A stretch of 50,014 bases of DNA. Source: Candidatus Ornithoclostridium faecigallinarum. GTDB lineage: Bacteria; Bacillota; Clostridia; Christensenellales; UBA3700. Numbering within the stretch: position 1 is the first letter of the stretch; each line of letters starts with the position of its first letter. Below the pieces are notes generated by a model. The model had not been told where the DNA came from. It worked only from the letters and a program-made list of their open reading frames with translations, and made no database searches. The position numbers and the translations under genes were made by a program. Below are positions 10,337 to 18,287 of the stretch, one piece after another. The stretch lies in contig DVOI01000054.1 of the NCBI GenBank assembly GCA_018713665.1, forward strand, positions 1-50,014, given 5' to 3'.

Positions 10337-10981
10337 ATGCGCCGCTATCCGCGCGCCTTACCCCAAGTTCCGAGGCGCGTGTCTCGACCGCACAAACCGA
10401 TAGATCCAGCAATCGCGCTTAGCCGTGAAGAGTGGTGCAAATTCGCTCCGTTCGGGTTGCGAGATATAATAAACACATAACACGACAATCGCACTAAAAA
10501 TAGATTTAAGACCGTCCATAGGGAATGGGGAAAAGCCGCCAAAAACGCCGACAGCGTTTTGGCTGTCGGCGTTTTTGTCGGTGCAAAGCAGTTTTGATGA
10601 AGAGATTTTGCGCTGAGACGAGTCGCGTCCCCGCAGGTCAATACCCTCTGCGGTCTTAACAAGGGGCAAGACGAAGTATCGGCGCAAAAGATCTCGTCAA
10701 AACCTTGTCCTCATCCCCGATGGGCGGTCCTGCGCCGAGACGTTCCGAACGGAGCGAAGATGTGCCGCTGTCCGCGCGCTTTGACTCGAGTTGCACGACA
10801 CGTGTCTCGACCGCACAGACCGATAGATCCAGCAATCGCGCTTAGCCGTGAAGAGTGGTGCAGATTCGCTCCGTTCGGGTTGCGAGGCGGCGACCCAGTG
10901 TACTAAAACGTACACGGTCAGCCGACGAGACGTTCCGAACGGAGCGAAGATGTGCCGCTATCCGCGGCTAAGCGCGATTGC
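10337..10981. repeat. Mosaic of three related REP/MITE-like units (A 10337-10463, B 10736-10886, C 10926-10981)
   Basis: 10378-10463 vs 10801-10886 identical at 84/86 nt; 10736-10776 vs 10926-10966 at 40/41; unit B has a 14-bp inverted repeat CCGAACGGAGCGAA/TTCGCTCCGTTCGG. Confidence 0.9.
10541..10576. terminator. Bidirectional intrinsic terminator
   Basis: AAAAACGCCGACAGC-loop-GCTGTCGGCGTTTTT, 15-bp stem including A/T tails. Confidence 0.75.
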
Positions 10982-12878
10982 GCATGGCGTTGAGAATAGC
11001 AAGCACCGCCACCCCCACATCCCCGAACACGGCGAACCACATGTTCGTGATGCCGAATGCGGACAGGATGAGGATGAGGAGTTTGACGGCGAGCGCGAAG
11101 ACAATGTTTTGCTTGACGATCGCCATCGTCTTGCGTGCGATGCGCTTTGCGGTGGGAATGCCGCGCAGGTCGTCTTTCATCAACACGATGTCCGAAGCCT
11201 CGATTGCCGCGTCGCTGCCGACGCCGCCCATCGCAATGCCGATATCCGCTCTCATCAATACGGGCGCGTCGTTTATGCCGTCGCCGACAAAGCACAACTC
11301 GTCCCCTTTGCTCTTGGCGGCAAGCAACTTTTCGACCTCGCCGACCTTGTCGCCGGGAAGCAGCGACGACTTGACGTCGCTCACCCCGAGCTTTGCCGCA
11401 ACGCTGTCTGCAACGCGCGCATTGTCGCCGGTGAGCATGACCGTGCGGCAGCCGAGCGCGTTCAATCCCCCGATCACCTCGGCGGACTCGGGCTTGACCT
11501 CGTCCTCGATGACGAGCGCACCTTTGTAGACGCCGTCCTTTGCGACATAGACTACGGTGCCGACCGCGTCGACTTCGTCGAAGGCTATGCCGCGCGCCCT
11601 CATCAATTTGGCGTTGCCGCACAAGATCTCTCCGCCCTCGCCCGTCGCGGCTATGCCCTCGCCGGCGACGTCGGTCAACGTGTATCCGCCGTCCGGCTCC
11701 TTGCCGTAGGCGGCGACGATCGAGCGAGCGATCGGATGAGTCGAGTCCTTTTCCGCGCTCGCCGCAAGCCGTAGTATCTCGCCGCGGTCTTTTTCGGGTA
11801 CGACCGCCGTCACCGCGAAGTTGCCCTTCGTCAAAGTGCCCGTCTTGTCAAAGACAAAGATGTTCGCCTTGTCGAAACGCTCGAGATAGTTGGAACCCTT
11901 GACCAAAATGCCGTGCTTGGACGCCGCGCCTATACCCGCAAAGAAGGTCAACGGTATCGAGATCACCAACGCGCATGGGCACGACACGACAAGGAAGCTG
12001 AGCGCGCGGTACACCCACGTCGACCACTCGCCCGTCACCGCGCCCGGGATTACCGCCAACAGCAACGCGACCGCGACCACCGCCGGCGTGTAGTATCTCG
12101 CGAATTTGGTGATGAAGTTCTCCGCCTTGGATTTTTGCTCGGCGGCGTTCTCGACAAGGTCGAGGATCTTGGCGACCGTCGAGTCGTAAAACTCCTTATC
12201 CACCCGCACTTTGAGCTGCGAGGTCAAGTTGACTGCGCCGCTGACCACCGCATCCCCCGCGGCGACGTCGCGCGGAAGCGATTCACCCGTCAACGCCTTG
12301 GTGTCGAGCGACGACGCGCCCTCTGCGATCGTGCCGTCGAGCGGCACCTTTTCGCCCGGATCGATCAAGATGAATTCCCCCACCTTGACCTCGGACGGGT
12401 CTACCGTCACTACCTCGCCGTCTCTGATCACGTCCGCGCTGTCGGGACGGATGTCCATCAGCGCCGAGATGGACTTGCGCGATTTGCCGGTCGCGTAGCC
12501 CTGGAACCACTCGCCCACCTGATAGAACAACAGCACCGCGCACGCCTCGTCGAAGCCCTCGATCTCCATGCCCGTCGCGCCGCGATATATCGCCAAGGCG
12601 AACGCGCCCAAAGTCGCGATGCACATCAAAAAGTTTTCGTCAAAAACCTGTCCGTGCGCGATGTTGCGCGCCGCACGCCAAAGCACGTCGTACCCTATCG
12701 CCAAATAGACGACCAAATAGAGCCCGAACGCCAAAAGCCAGCCGTACCGACCCGGGATCATCGCCGCCCAGCCGTCCGTCACCCTGTCCACTGCGAACAG
12801 CACCGCGAACGCCGCCAGACAGACGACGATGCGGATCAATTGCCGCCTCTGCTTGCGGCTCATCTTGTAGCCGTCCAT
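10968..12878 (-). CDS. cadA: Heavy-metal translocating P1B-2 ATPase (Zn/Cd/Pb; CadA/ZntA type) without an N-terminal metal-binding domain
   Basis: TGES, CPC, DKTGT, HP, GDGINDAP, conserved Lys and DVG in the last helices; start MDGYKM at 12878. Confidence 0.92.
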   Translation of the reverse strand: MDGYKMSRKQRRQLIRIVVCLAAFAVLFAVDRVTDGWAAMIPGRYGWLLAFGLYLVVYLAIGYDVLWRAARNIAHGQVFDENFLMCIATLGAFALAIYRGATGMEIEGFDEACAVLLFYQVGEWFQGYATGKSRKSISALMDIRPDSADVIRDGEVVTVDPSEVKVGEFILIDPGEKVPLDGTIAEGASSLDTKALTGESLPRDVAAGDAVVSGAVNLTSQLKVRVDKEFYDSTVAKILDLVENAAEQKSKAENFITKFARYYTPAVVAVALLLAVIPGAVTGEWSTWVYRALSFLVVSCPCALVISIPLTFFAGIGAASKHGILVKGSNYLERFDKANIFVFDKTGTLTKGNFAVTAVVPEKDRGEILRLAASAEKDSTHPIARSIVAAYGKEPDGGYTLTDVAGEGIAATGEGGEILCGNAKLMRARGIAFDEVDAVGTVVYVAKDGVYKGALVIEDEVKPESAEVIGGLNALGCRTVMLTGDNARVADSVAAKLGVSDVKSSLLPGDKVGEVEKLLAAKSKGDELCFVGDGINDAPVLMRADIGIAMGGVGSDAAIEASDIVLMKDDLRGIPTAKRIARKTMAIVKQNIVFALAVKLLILILSAFGITNMWFAVFGDVGVAVLAILNAMRNRA

Positions 12879-12885
12879 ACCGCCC

Positions 12886-13104
12886 TCACCTGACGATGCG
12901 GCAGTCCGGCTCCACCTTGCGGCACACCTTGACGACCTCGTCCATAATCTCGTCAAAACGGCTTTCGTCCGCGTCGATCGCCATGCGCTGAGTCATAAAG
13001 CTGATGCTGACCGAGTTGACGCCGTCCAGCTTGGCGACGTGCCGCTCCATCTTCGCCGCGCAATTTGCGCAATCGAGATCTTGAAGCTTGAATACCTTTT
13101 TCAT
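12886..13104 (-). CDS. Stand-alone heavy-metal-associated (HMA) domain protein
   Basis: MKKVFKLQDLDCANCAAKMER, 72 aa, GGGAGG SD. Confidence 0.92.
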   Translation of the reverse strand: MKKVFKLQDLDCANCAAKMERHVAKLDGVNSVSISFMTQRMAIDADESRFDEIMDEVVKVCRKVEPDCRIVR

Positions 13105-13154
13105 ATAGTCCTCCCGCCGCTGTTGCGGCATATTCAAATTATTTCCTGTCTTTG

Positions 13155-13187
13155 CTTGAACACTTGGACGGTTGAGCAAATGTTCAA
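13155..13187. promoter_or_regulatory. Internal SmtB/ArsR-type operator
   Basis: TGAGCAAATGTTCA (13173-13186) fits TGAA-N6-TTCA with one mismatch; flanks repeat those of 13566-13590. Confidence 0.65.
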
Positions 13188-13223
13188 GTTTGAGTCGTTT
13201 GAAAACGGGCTTTTTGCCCGCTC

Positions 13224-13556
13224 TCACTTGCCCTCGTTGATGTGCGTGAGCCCGTATTCCATGATCTTGACGACGTGGTCGTCGTCCAGCGAATATTTGA
13301 CCTCTTTGCCCGCCTTGGTCCCCTTGACCAGCTTGGCTCCGCGCAATATCCGCAATTGGTGCGACACCGCCGACACCGTCATGCCCAAGATCTCCGCAAT
13401 CTCGCCAACGCACAAGTCCGCCTGCCCCAGACAGCCGAGAATCTTCGCGCGCGTCGAATCGCCGAACATCTTGAACAGATCCGCCAAATCGTAGATCACG
13501 TCGTCGGACGGCAGCGCTCTCTTCACTTTTTCGATTATGTCGAGTTCCTTTTCCAT
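13224..13556 (-). CDS. ArsR/SmtB family metalloregulator (alpha5 site, CzrA/SmtB type)
   Basis: LFKMFGDSTR, LCVGEIA, SAVSHQLR; DxH-x10-H-x2-E in DDHVVKIMEYGLTHINE. Confidence 0.93.
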   Translation of the reverse strand: MEKELDIIEKVKRALPSDDVIYDLADLFKMFGDSTRAKILGCLGQADLCVGEIAEILGMTVSAVSHQLRILRGAKLVKGTKAGKEVKYSLDDDHVVKIMEYGLTHINEGK

Positions 13557-13566
13557 ATTATCTCAC

Positions 13567-13623
13567 TTGAACACTTCTTCAAATGTTCAATCATATTATA
13601 TGCCACGTTTGACCGCGTGTCAA
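13567..13623 (-). promoter_or_regulatory. Consensus sigma-A promoter with a downstream SmtB-type operator
   Basis: TTGACA-17bp-TATAAT (13623-13595); TGAACACTTCTTCA box at 13568-13581. Confidence 0.85.
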
Positions 13624-13748
13624 TAGTTTGGACACAAATTTTTTCGAAAATTTTTTGAATGCCGCGCGCTCTATATTCAACCGCTCTTCACCCAAGCGGA
13701 CACGCCGCTTTTTTGCCCATGCGCCGTATGTACCGCTTTGTATTGCCT

Positions 13749-14096
13749 TGATATAATGCAACTGCAATCTCCTCTGTTTCAAAAAGTGTGCAAAGTGACG
13801 CGTTTTTTGAAACGGCGATACACTGATTTGCTCCTCTTGTTGATTATTTGCACCAATTGGCACCAAAGTGATGAAATTGTTGCAGCGGTGAGGCAAATTT
13901 TGGGTTACTCTGCCTTCAAACCGTTGCGATTCGAAGCGTAATTTTTGAACCCCAAGAATGCGCATAATTTGATTAATAATCGATAGCTTGATTAAAGCTA
14001 GCAAAGAACCGATTGGATAAACAGAACCGCGAAGTATTGGGCGAGCGACTTGCGATGATTTTGCGGCCTCGTGGAGGCAGCATAGTTGCATATCAT
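13749..14096. other. AT-richer non-coding element with imperfect terminal inverted repeats and multiple internal hairpins
   Basis: TGATATAATGCAACT at the left end pairs with AGTTGCATATCA at the right; hairpins near 13776-13813 and 14027-14066 are rich in G-U pairs on the + strand. Confidence 0.45.
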
Positions 14097-14158
14097 AACA
14101 TTATCCGTATATCAAAAGTCAAAATGAAAAGTAGCTTTTTGTGTATAAGGTTACGATT

Positions 14159-14190
14159 ACATCTCGCCCAACCGCGCTTGGGCGAGATGT
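14159..14190. terminator. Perfect 13-bp hairpin, terminator-like
   Basis: ACATCTCGCCCAA-CCGCGC-TTGGGCGAGATGT; no clear U tract. Confidence 0.45.
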
Positions 14191-14241
14191 GATAACGCCC
14201 TCGTAGAATGACCGCGCTAAAATTCGACATAGAACTCTTTA

Positions 14242-14564
14242 GATAAACAGAACCAAGCAGCTTTAAGCGAGCGACTTGGTGCAGGTTTGCGGCGAAAGGG
14301 TTGTGACGCGTACCTCAATGGTACGCGAGCGTTCCGAGAGACGCAAAGATGCCCAAACGAGCCGCTTAAAGCGGTGAACTGAGCCGCGCCGCAAAGCGAG
14401 CGCGGAACAGAAAATGCCGCGTCGGAGGGTGAGTACCCCCGGGAACCATTGCGCCTGCGTATATGAGGCGTAAGCCGATTGAGCAGGACAGCGCAATGGT
14501 GCCCTTTCAAAAAGCGGTGAAAAAGTCCGCGCCCCCAAAGGGAGCGCGGAACTGAAAGGTTGCC
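14242..14564. repeat. Palindromic REP/MITE-like mosaic
   Basis: Long hairpin GCTTTAAGCG...CGCGTACC-TCAAT-GGTACGCG...CGCTTAAAGC; direct repeats 14368-14418 and 14511-14564 flank a hairpin at 14446-14500. Confidence 0.7.
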
Positions 14565-14566
14565 CC

Positions 14567-14770
14567 TCAAAGAGCCGCCGCCTCGTTCAACTTTTCCACC
14601 AACTCGTCGACGTCGACGCCGTGCACGGCTGCCGCGTCCTCGACGGTCTCGTTGTGCGCAAGCGCGCAGCCCAGGCAGTGCATGCCCGCGGCGAAAAGTA
14701 CGTTGGCGATCGCTTCGGCATTGCCGCATTTGAGCGCGTCCGCAATCAACATATCCTTTGTTATCTTCAT
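14567..14770 (-). CDS. DUF1858 domain protein (hybrid-cluster-associated redox disulfide domain)
   Basis: ITKDMLIAD...GMHCLGC...ETVEDAAAVHGVDVDELVEKLN; promoter TTGCCC-17-TATAAT at 14857-14829. Confidence 0.88.
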   Translation of the reverse strand: MKITKDMLIADALKCGNAEAIANVLFAAGMHCLGCALAHNETVEDAAAVHGVDVDELVEKLNEAAAL

Positions 14771-14865
14771 AGTGTGTTACCTCCGTATCCCACCTTCAAT
14801 TCATACCTTTTTGGTGGGGATTGTTGTCATTATAGCACAGCCCTCGACTTTGGGCAAGCGTTTGC

Positions 14866-15984
14866 CTATAACAAATATGTGACGAAGAGATAGGCTATCC
14901 CTGCGACAACCGCCGCAATCGCCAAACCGAGCAGCGTCGCCTTGACCGGCGACACCGGCGCCTTGCCGTACGCCTTGCCCGTCCTGCCGTTGACTACGCA
15001 GCCGTAATCCTTTTTGCGGTAGCGGTAGCTGCTGATCCAAAGGGGCGCGCAGACATATTTGTAGGTCGTGCCCGAATAGACGGGGCTGATGTTGATGTAG
15101 TCCACCCTGTCCGCGCGCGGATAACGCGCCTTAACCCTCGCCCTGAGGTCGTCGATGATGATGCCCTGCGCGGTATCCCAGCAGTCGTCGAGCCCGTCGG
15201 AATATCTTTCCGCCGAATAGCCGGACATGAAGTCGTCGTCATAGGCGAGCGCGTTGACGGTGTCGAAACCGCCCAGCTTGCCCAGCGCCTTGCCGTCGAT
15301 GTGCTTGCTCGCCTCGACCTGTATGTCGTCGTAATCCTGATTGATGACGCCGCTGACGTGGAACCACCTGACGCGCGTCTCGGTGCGCCTGTTCTTGCCC
15401 GTGCCGACGATGACCGTGTATGTCTCGCCCAGCCTCGCCTCGTACGTCGCGTCGACGTGACTGTCGAACGTCCACACCGGGATGTAGACGCCGCGCATCT
15501 TTTGCATCCGCGCCTCTTTTTTGAGCTTGCGCGGCGCGAGCCACTTCTTTTTGAGCCACTTGCGCCAAAAGCCCTTCGCCTCGTCCTCGGGCACCTTGAA
15601 CGGCAGCACCGCGTTGGGCTTGAGCCCGGGAAGCTCGTCGCGCTCTATGATGTTGGGCGCGCCGCAAAACGGACAGACGTCCGCGGTCTCGTATTCTTCG
15701 AGCACGGACACCGCGCCGCACGACGGGCACTTGTATGCCTTGGTGCCGCCCCACGCCTCGAACTCGCGCTCGGAAAGCGTCGTATAGACAAGTTCCTGCG
15801 CGGGCTTGGCGGCGATGTCGCGCTCGGTGCCGCAATATGCGCATTTGAGCTTTTGCGTCGCCGGGTCGAATTTGAGAAAGTTGCCGCACGAAGGACACTT
15901 GTACGTCTCCGAGGTCACCTTTTTCGGCTCCTGCGGCGTCTGCGCCCCGTCCGCCTGCGAAAGAGGCACTCTTTCTTCGCTCAT
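14866..15984 (-). CDS. Zn-ribbon membrane protein, YdjG-like
   Basis: Four CxxC motifs (CPSCG, CAYCG, CPSCG, CPFCG), VLPF, YIPVWTF, VNGRTGK, C-terminal TM helix. Confidence 0.8.
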   Translation of the reverse strand: MSEERVPLSQADGAQTPQEPKKVTSETYKCPSCGNFLKFDPATQKLKCAYCGTERDIAAKPAQELVYTTLSEREFEAWGGTKAYKCPSCGAVSVLEEYETADVCPFCGAPNIIERDELPGLKPNAVLPFKVPEDEAKGFWRKWLKKKWLAPRKLKKEARMQKMRGVYIPVWTFDSHVDATYEARLGETYTVIVGTGKNRRTETRVRWFHVSGVINQDYDDIQVEASKHIDGKALGKLGGFDTVNALAYDDDFMSGYSAERYSDGLDDCWDTAQGIIIDDLRARVKARYPRADRVDYINISPVYSGTTYKYVCAPLWISSYRYRKKDYGCVVNGRTGKAYGKAPVSPVKATLLGLAIAAVVAGIAYLFVTYLL

Positions 15985-17099
15985 GACAGTTTCTCTCCGC
16001 ATTCGGGACAGAACTTGGCGCCCGGCTTGACCTCTTTACCGCACTTGGGGCACTTGGCGACCAAGGACGCGCCGCATTCGGGGCAGAACTTCGCGCCCTT
16101 CTTGACCTGCTTGTGGCAGCTCGGGCACTCAACGGTCTCGACCATCGGCTTGCCGCATTCGGGGCAGAACTTCGCGCTCTTCTTGACCTTGGCTCCGCAA
16201 TGCGGACAGGTCGCCTTGCCGTCGTCCTCGCCTATGCCCGTCATGTTGTCGGCGAACATCTTGCCGATGCCCAATCCGGCCCCGACTCCGACGCCCGCGC
16301 CCGCGAGTCCGCCCGGATTCTTTGCCGCGTCGCGCATCGCCTCGACCGCCTGCATCTGCGCATAGCCCTGCATCGCGCCGCCCATCACGCCGACGGACGT
16401 GCGCTTGTCCATCATCTTCTCGACCTCTTCGGGCAGCGAGATGTTCTCGATGTAAAGCGAGTCGATCTCGATGCCTATCTTGGCGAAGTCTTCCGCCATC
16501 TTTTGACGGGTGATGTCGGACAGTTCGTCATAGTGCATCGCGAGATCGATCGCCGGGATGCCCGACTCCGCAATCGCGGTGGACAGCTCGGACACGATGA
16601 TTTTCTTGAAGTAGTCGTCGACGTCCTTGACCGTCAGCTCGCCCATAGAACCGAACAACTCGTTCATCGCCGCCGTAGGCGTGCCGACCGAGAAGGAATA
16701 GACGCCGAAACCTCTGACCCTGACCATGCCGAACTCCTTGTCGCGCATCATCACCGGGTTGGACGTACCCCACTTGTTGTCGATGAATTGCTTGGTCGAG
16801 ATGAAGTAGATGTCGCCCGTGTACGGCGTCTCCCAGAAGTATTTCCAATTGTAGAGCGCGGTCAGCAGCGGGATGTTCTTGATGTCCTCCAGCTTGTAGG
16901 TGCCCGGTCCGAACACGTCGGCAAGCTTGCCCTCTTGGATGAACATCGCCTTTTGCCCCTCGCGGACGACCAGCACGGAATTGCGCATGATCTCCTCTTT
17001 ACGCTCCAAAGGATATTTCCACACAATGGATTGAGGATTGTCATTCTCCCATTGTATGACCTTGCGATATTGCTTTCTCAAAAAATCGAAAAGACCCAT
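15981..17099 (-). CDS. SPFH/Band-7-like protein with three C-terminal double-zinc-ribbon repeats, YdjI-like
   Basis: VVREGQKA, FGPGTY, KWGT, IENISLPEEV; three CxxC...AKFCPECG repeats. Confidence 0.85.
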   Translation of the reverse strand: MGLFDFLRKQYRKVIQWENDNPQSIVWKYPLERKEEIMRNSVLVVREGQKAMFIQEGKLADVFGPGTYKLEDIKNIPLLTALYNWKYFWETPYTGDIYFISTKQFIDNKWGTSNPVMMRDKEFGMVRVRGFGVYSFSVGTPTAAMNELFGSMGELTVKDVDDYFKKIIVSELSTAIAESGIPAIDLAMHYDELSDITRQKMAEDFAKIGIEIDSLYIENISLPEEVEKMMDKRTSVGVMGGAMQGYAQMQAVEAMRDAAKNPGGLAGAGVGVGAGLGIGKMFADNMTGIGEDDGKATCPHCGAKVKKSAKFCPECGKPMVETVECPSCHKQVKKGAKFCPECGASLVAKCPKCGKEVKPGAKFCPECGEKLS

Positions 17100-17129
17100 T
17101 ATTGCGTCCTCCTAACGTTTGTTATCTCG

Positions 17130-17158
17130 ATTATATATCATATGCGCGCACCCGTCAA
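17130..17158 (-). promoter_or_regulatory. sigma-A promoter of the SPFH operon
   Basis: TTGACG-17bp-TATAAT. Confidence 0.75.
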
Positions 17159-17177
17159 CCGAATGCGCGTACTTCGC

Positions 17178-18287
17178 TCAAAGCCTGCGCTCGAACTCGT
17201 CGTAGCCGAATTCCCTCACCGTCTCGAGCGTGCCGTCCGTATGCCGCACGCATATCGACGGCAGACGCATGCCGTTGAACGTGTTCGTCTTGACCATCGT
17301 GTACAGCGCCATGTCGAGGAACCTGAGCCTGTCCCCGACCGCGAGCGGCGCGTCGAACGAATAGTCGCCGATCACGTCGCCGGCAAGGCATGTCGGTCCG
17401 CCCAGGCGATAGGTGTGCGCCTTCTCCCCCGGCTCGCCGCTCCCCTCGAGAGGCGGACGATAGGGCATCTCCAACACGTCGGGCATATGACACGCCGCCG
17501 ACGCGTCGACGATCGCGATGTCCATGCCGTTGCGTACGATGTCCTCGACGCGGCAAACCAGCGCGCCTGCGTTGAGCACGACCGCCTCGCCCGGCTCCAA
17601 GTAGACTTCTGCGCCGTACCTGTCTTGAAGCCGCTTGACGACCCTCACCAGCCTGTCGCGGTCGTAGTCCTTGCGCGTGATGTGGTGGCCTCCGCCCAAA
17701 TTGATCCACTTGCACCTCTTGAGCAAGTCCCCGAACCTCGCCTCGAGCGCGTTCACCGTCGCTTCGAGATCGTCCGAGTTCTGCTCGCAAAGGGTGTGCA
17801 TGTGCACGCCGTCCAACATCTCGGCGACGTCTTCGGGCAGCTCGTCAGCTGTCGTCCCCAGCCGCGAAAAGTCGCCGCAAGGGTCGTAAATGCCGTGCCC
17901 TCTTTGGGTGGAAAATTGGGGGTTGAGCCGCAAGCCGACCTGTTTGCCAGCCGCCTTTGCGCGCGGCAAAAATTTTCGTGCCTGTGTCGGCGAATTGAAT
18001 ATTATGTGATCGACATAACCGATCAATTCGTCCCACTCTTCTTCGTTGTAGGCAGGCGAAAAGACGTGCGTCTCGCCGCCGAAACGCGTCTTGCCGAGGC
18101 GCGCTTCGTAAAGCCCGCTTGCGGTCGTGCCGTCCAAATAGCGCGATATCAGCGGATAGGTGCAAAAAGCGGAATACGCCTTTTGGGCGAGCAGTATCTT
18201 GCAGCCCGCCGCCTCGCGTACTCCGCTCAATATCTCCAAGTTGCGGATGAGCGCCGCCTCGTCTATCTCGAAATAGGGCGTGCGCAT
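17178..18287 (-). CDS. nspC: Carboxy(nor)spermidine decarboxylase
   Basis: Start MRTPYF at 18287; LAQKA (PLP Lys), YDPC, SRLG, HTLCEQ, NLGGGHHIT, CHMPDVLEMPY, TCLAGD. Confidence 0.93.
   Translation of the reverse strand: MRTPYFEIDEAALIRNLEILSGVREAAGCKILLAQKAYSAFCTYPLISRYLDGTTASGLYEARLGKTRFGGETHVFSPAYNEEEWDELIGYVDHIIFNSPTQARKFLPRAKAAGKQVGLRLNPQFSTQRGHGIYDPCGDFSRLGTTADELPEDVAEMLDGVHMHTLCEQNSDDLEATVNALEARFGDLLKRCKWINLGGGHHITRKDYDRDRLVRVVKRLQDRYGAEVYLEPGEAVVLNAGALVCRVEDIVRNGMDIAIVDASAACHMPDVLEMPYRPPLEGSGEPGEKAHTYRLGGPTCLAGDVIGDYSFDAPLAVGDRLRFLDMALYTMVKTNTFNGMRLPSICVRHTDGTLETVREFGYDEFERRL

Noticed and set aside
10337-10981. Possible CRISPR array
   Set aside because: Units are long, partly inverted and irregularly spaced; no repeat-spacer periodicity and no cas genes.
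13591-14091. 166-aa minus-strand ORF and 67-aa plus-strand ORF in the AT-richer gap
   Set aside because: No SD, no recognisable domain, atypical composition, and the longer one overlaps the ArsR promoter; cannot be fully excluded.
15990-16220. Nucleotide repeats GCCGCATTCGGGGCAGAACTTCGCG as a DGR or other repeat element
   Set aside because: They encode the three in-frame AKFCPECG zinc-ribbon repeats; no reverse transcriptase or adenine-specific variation.
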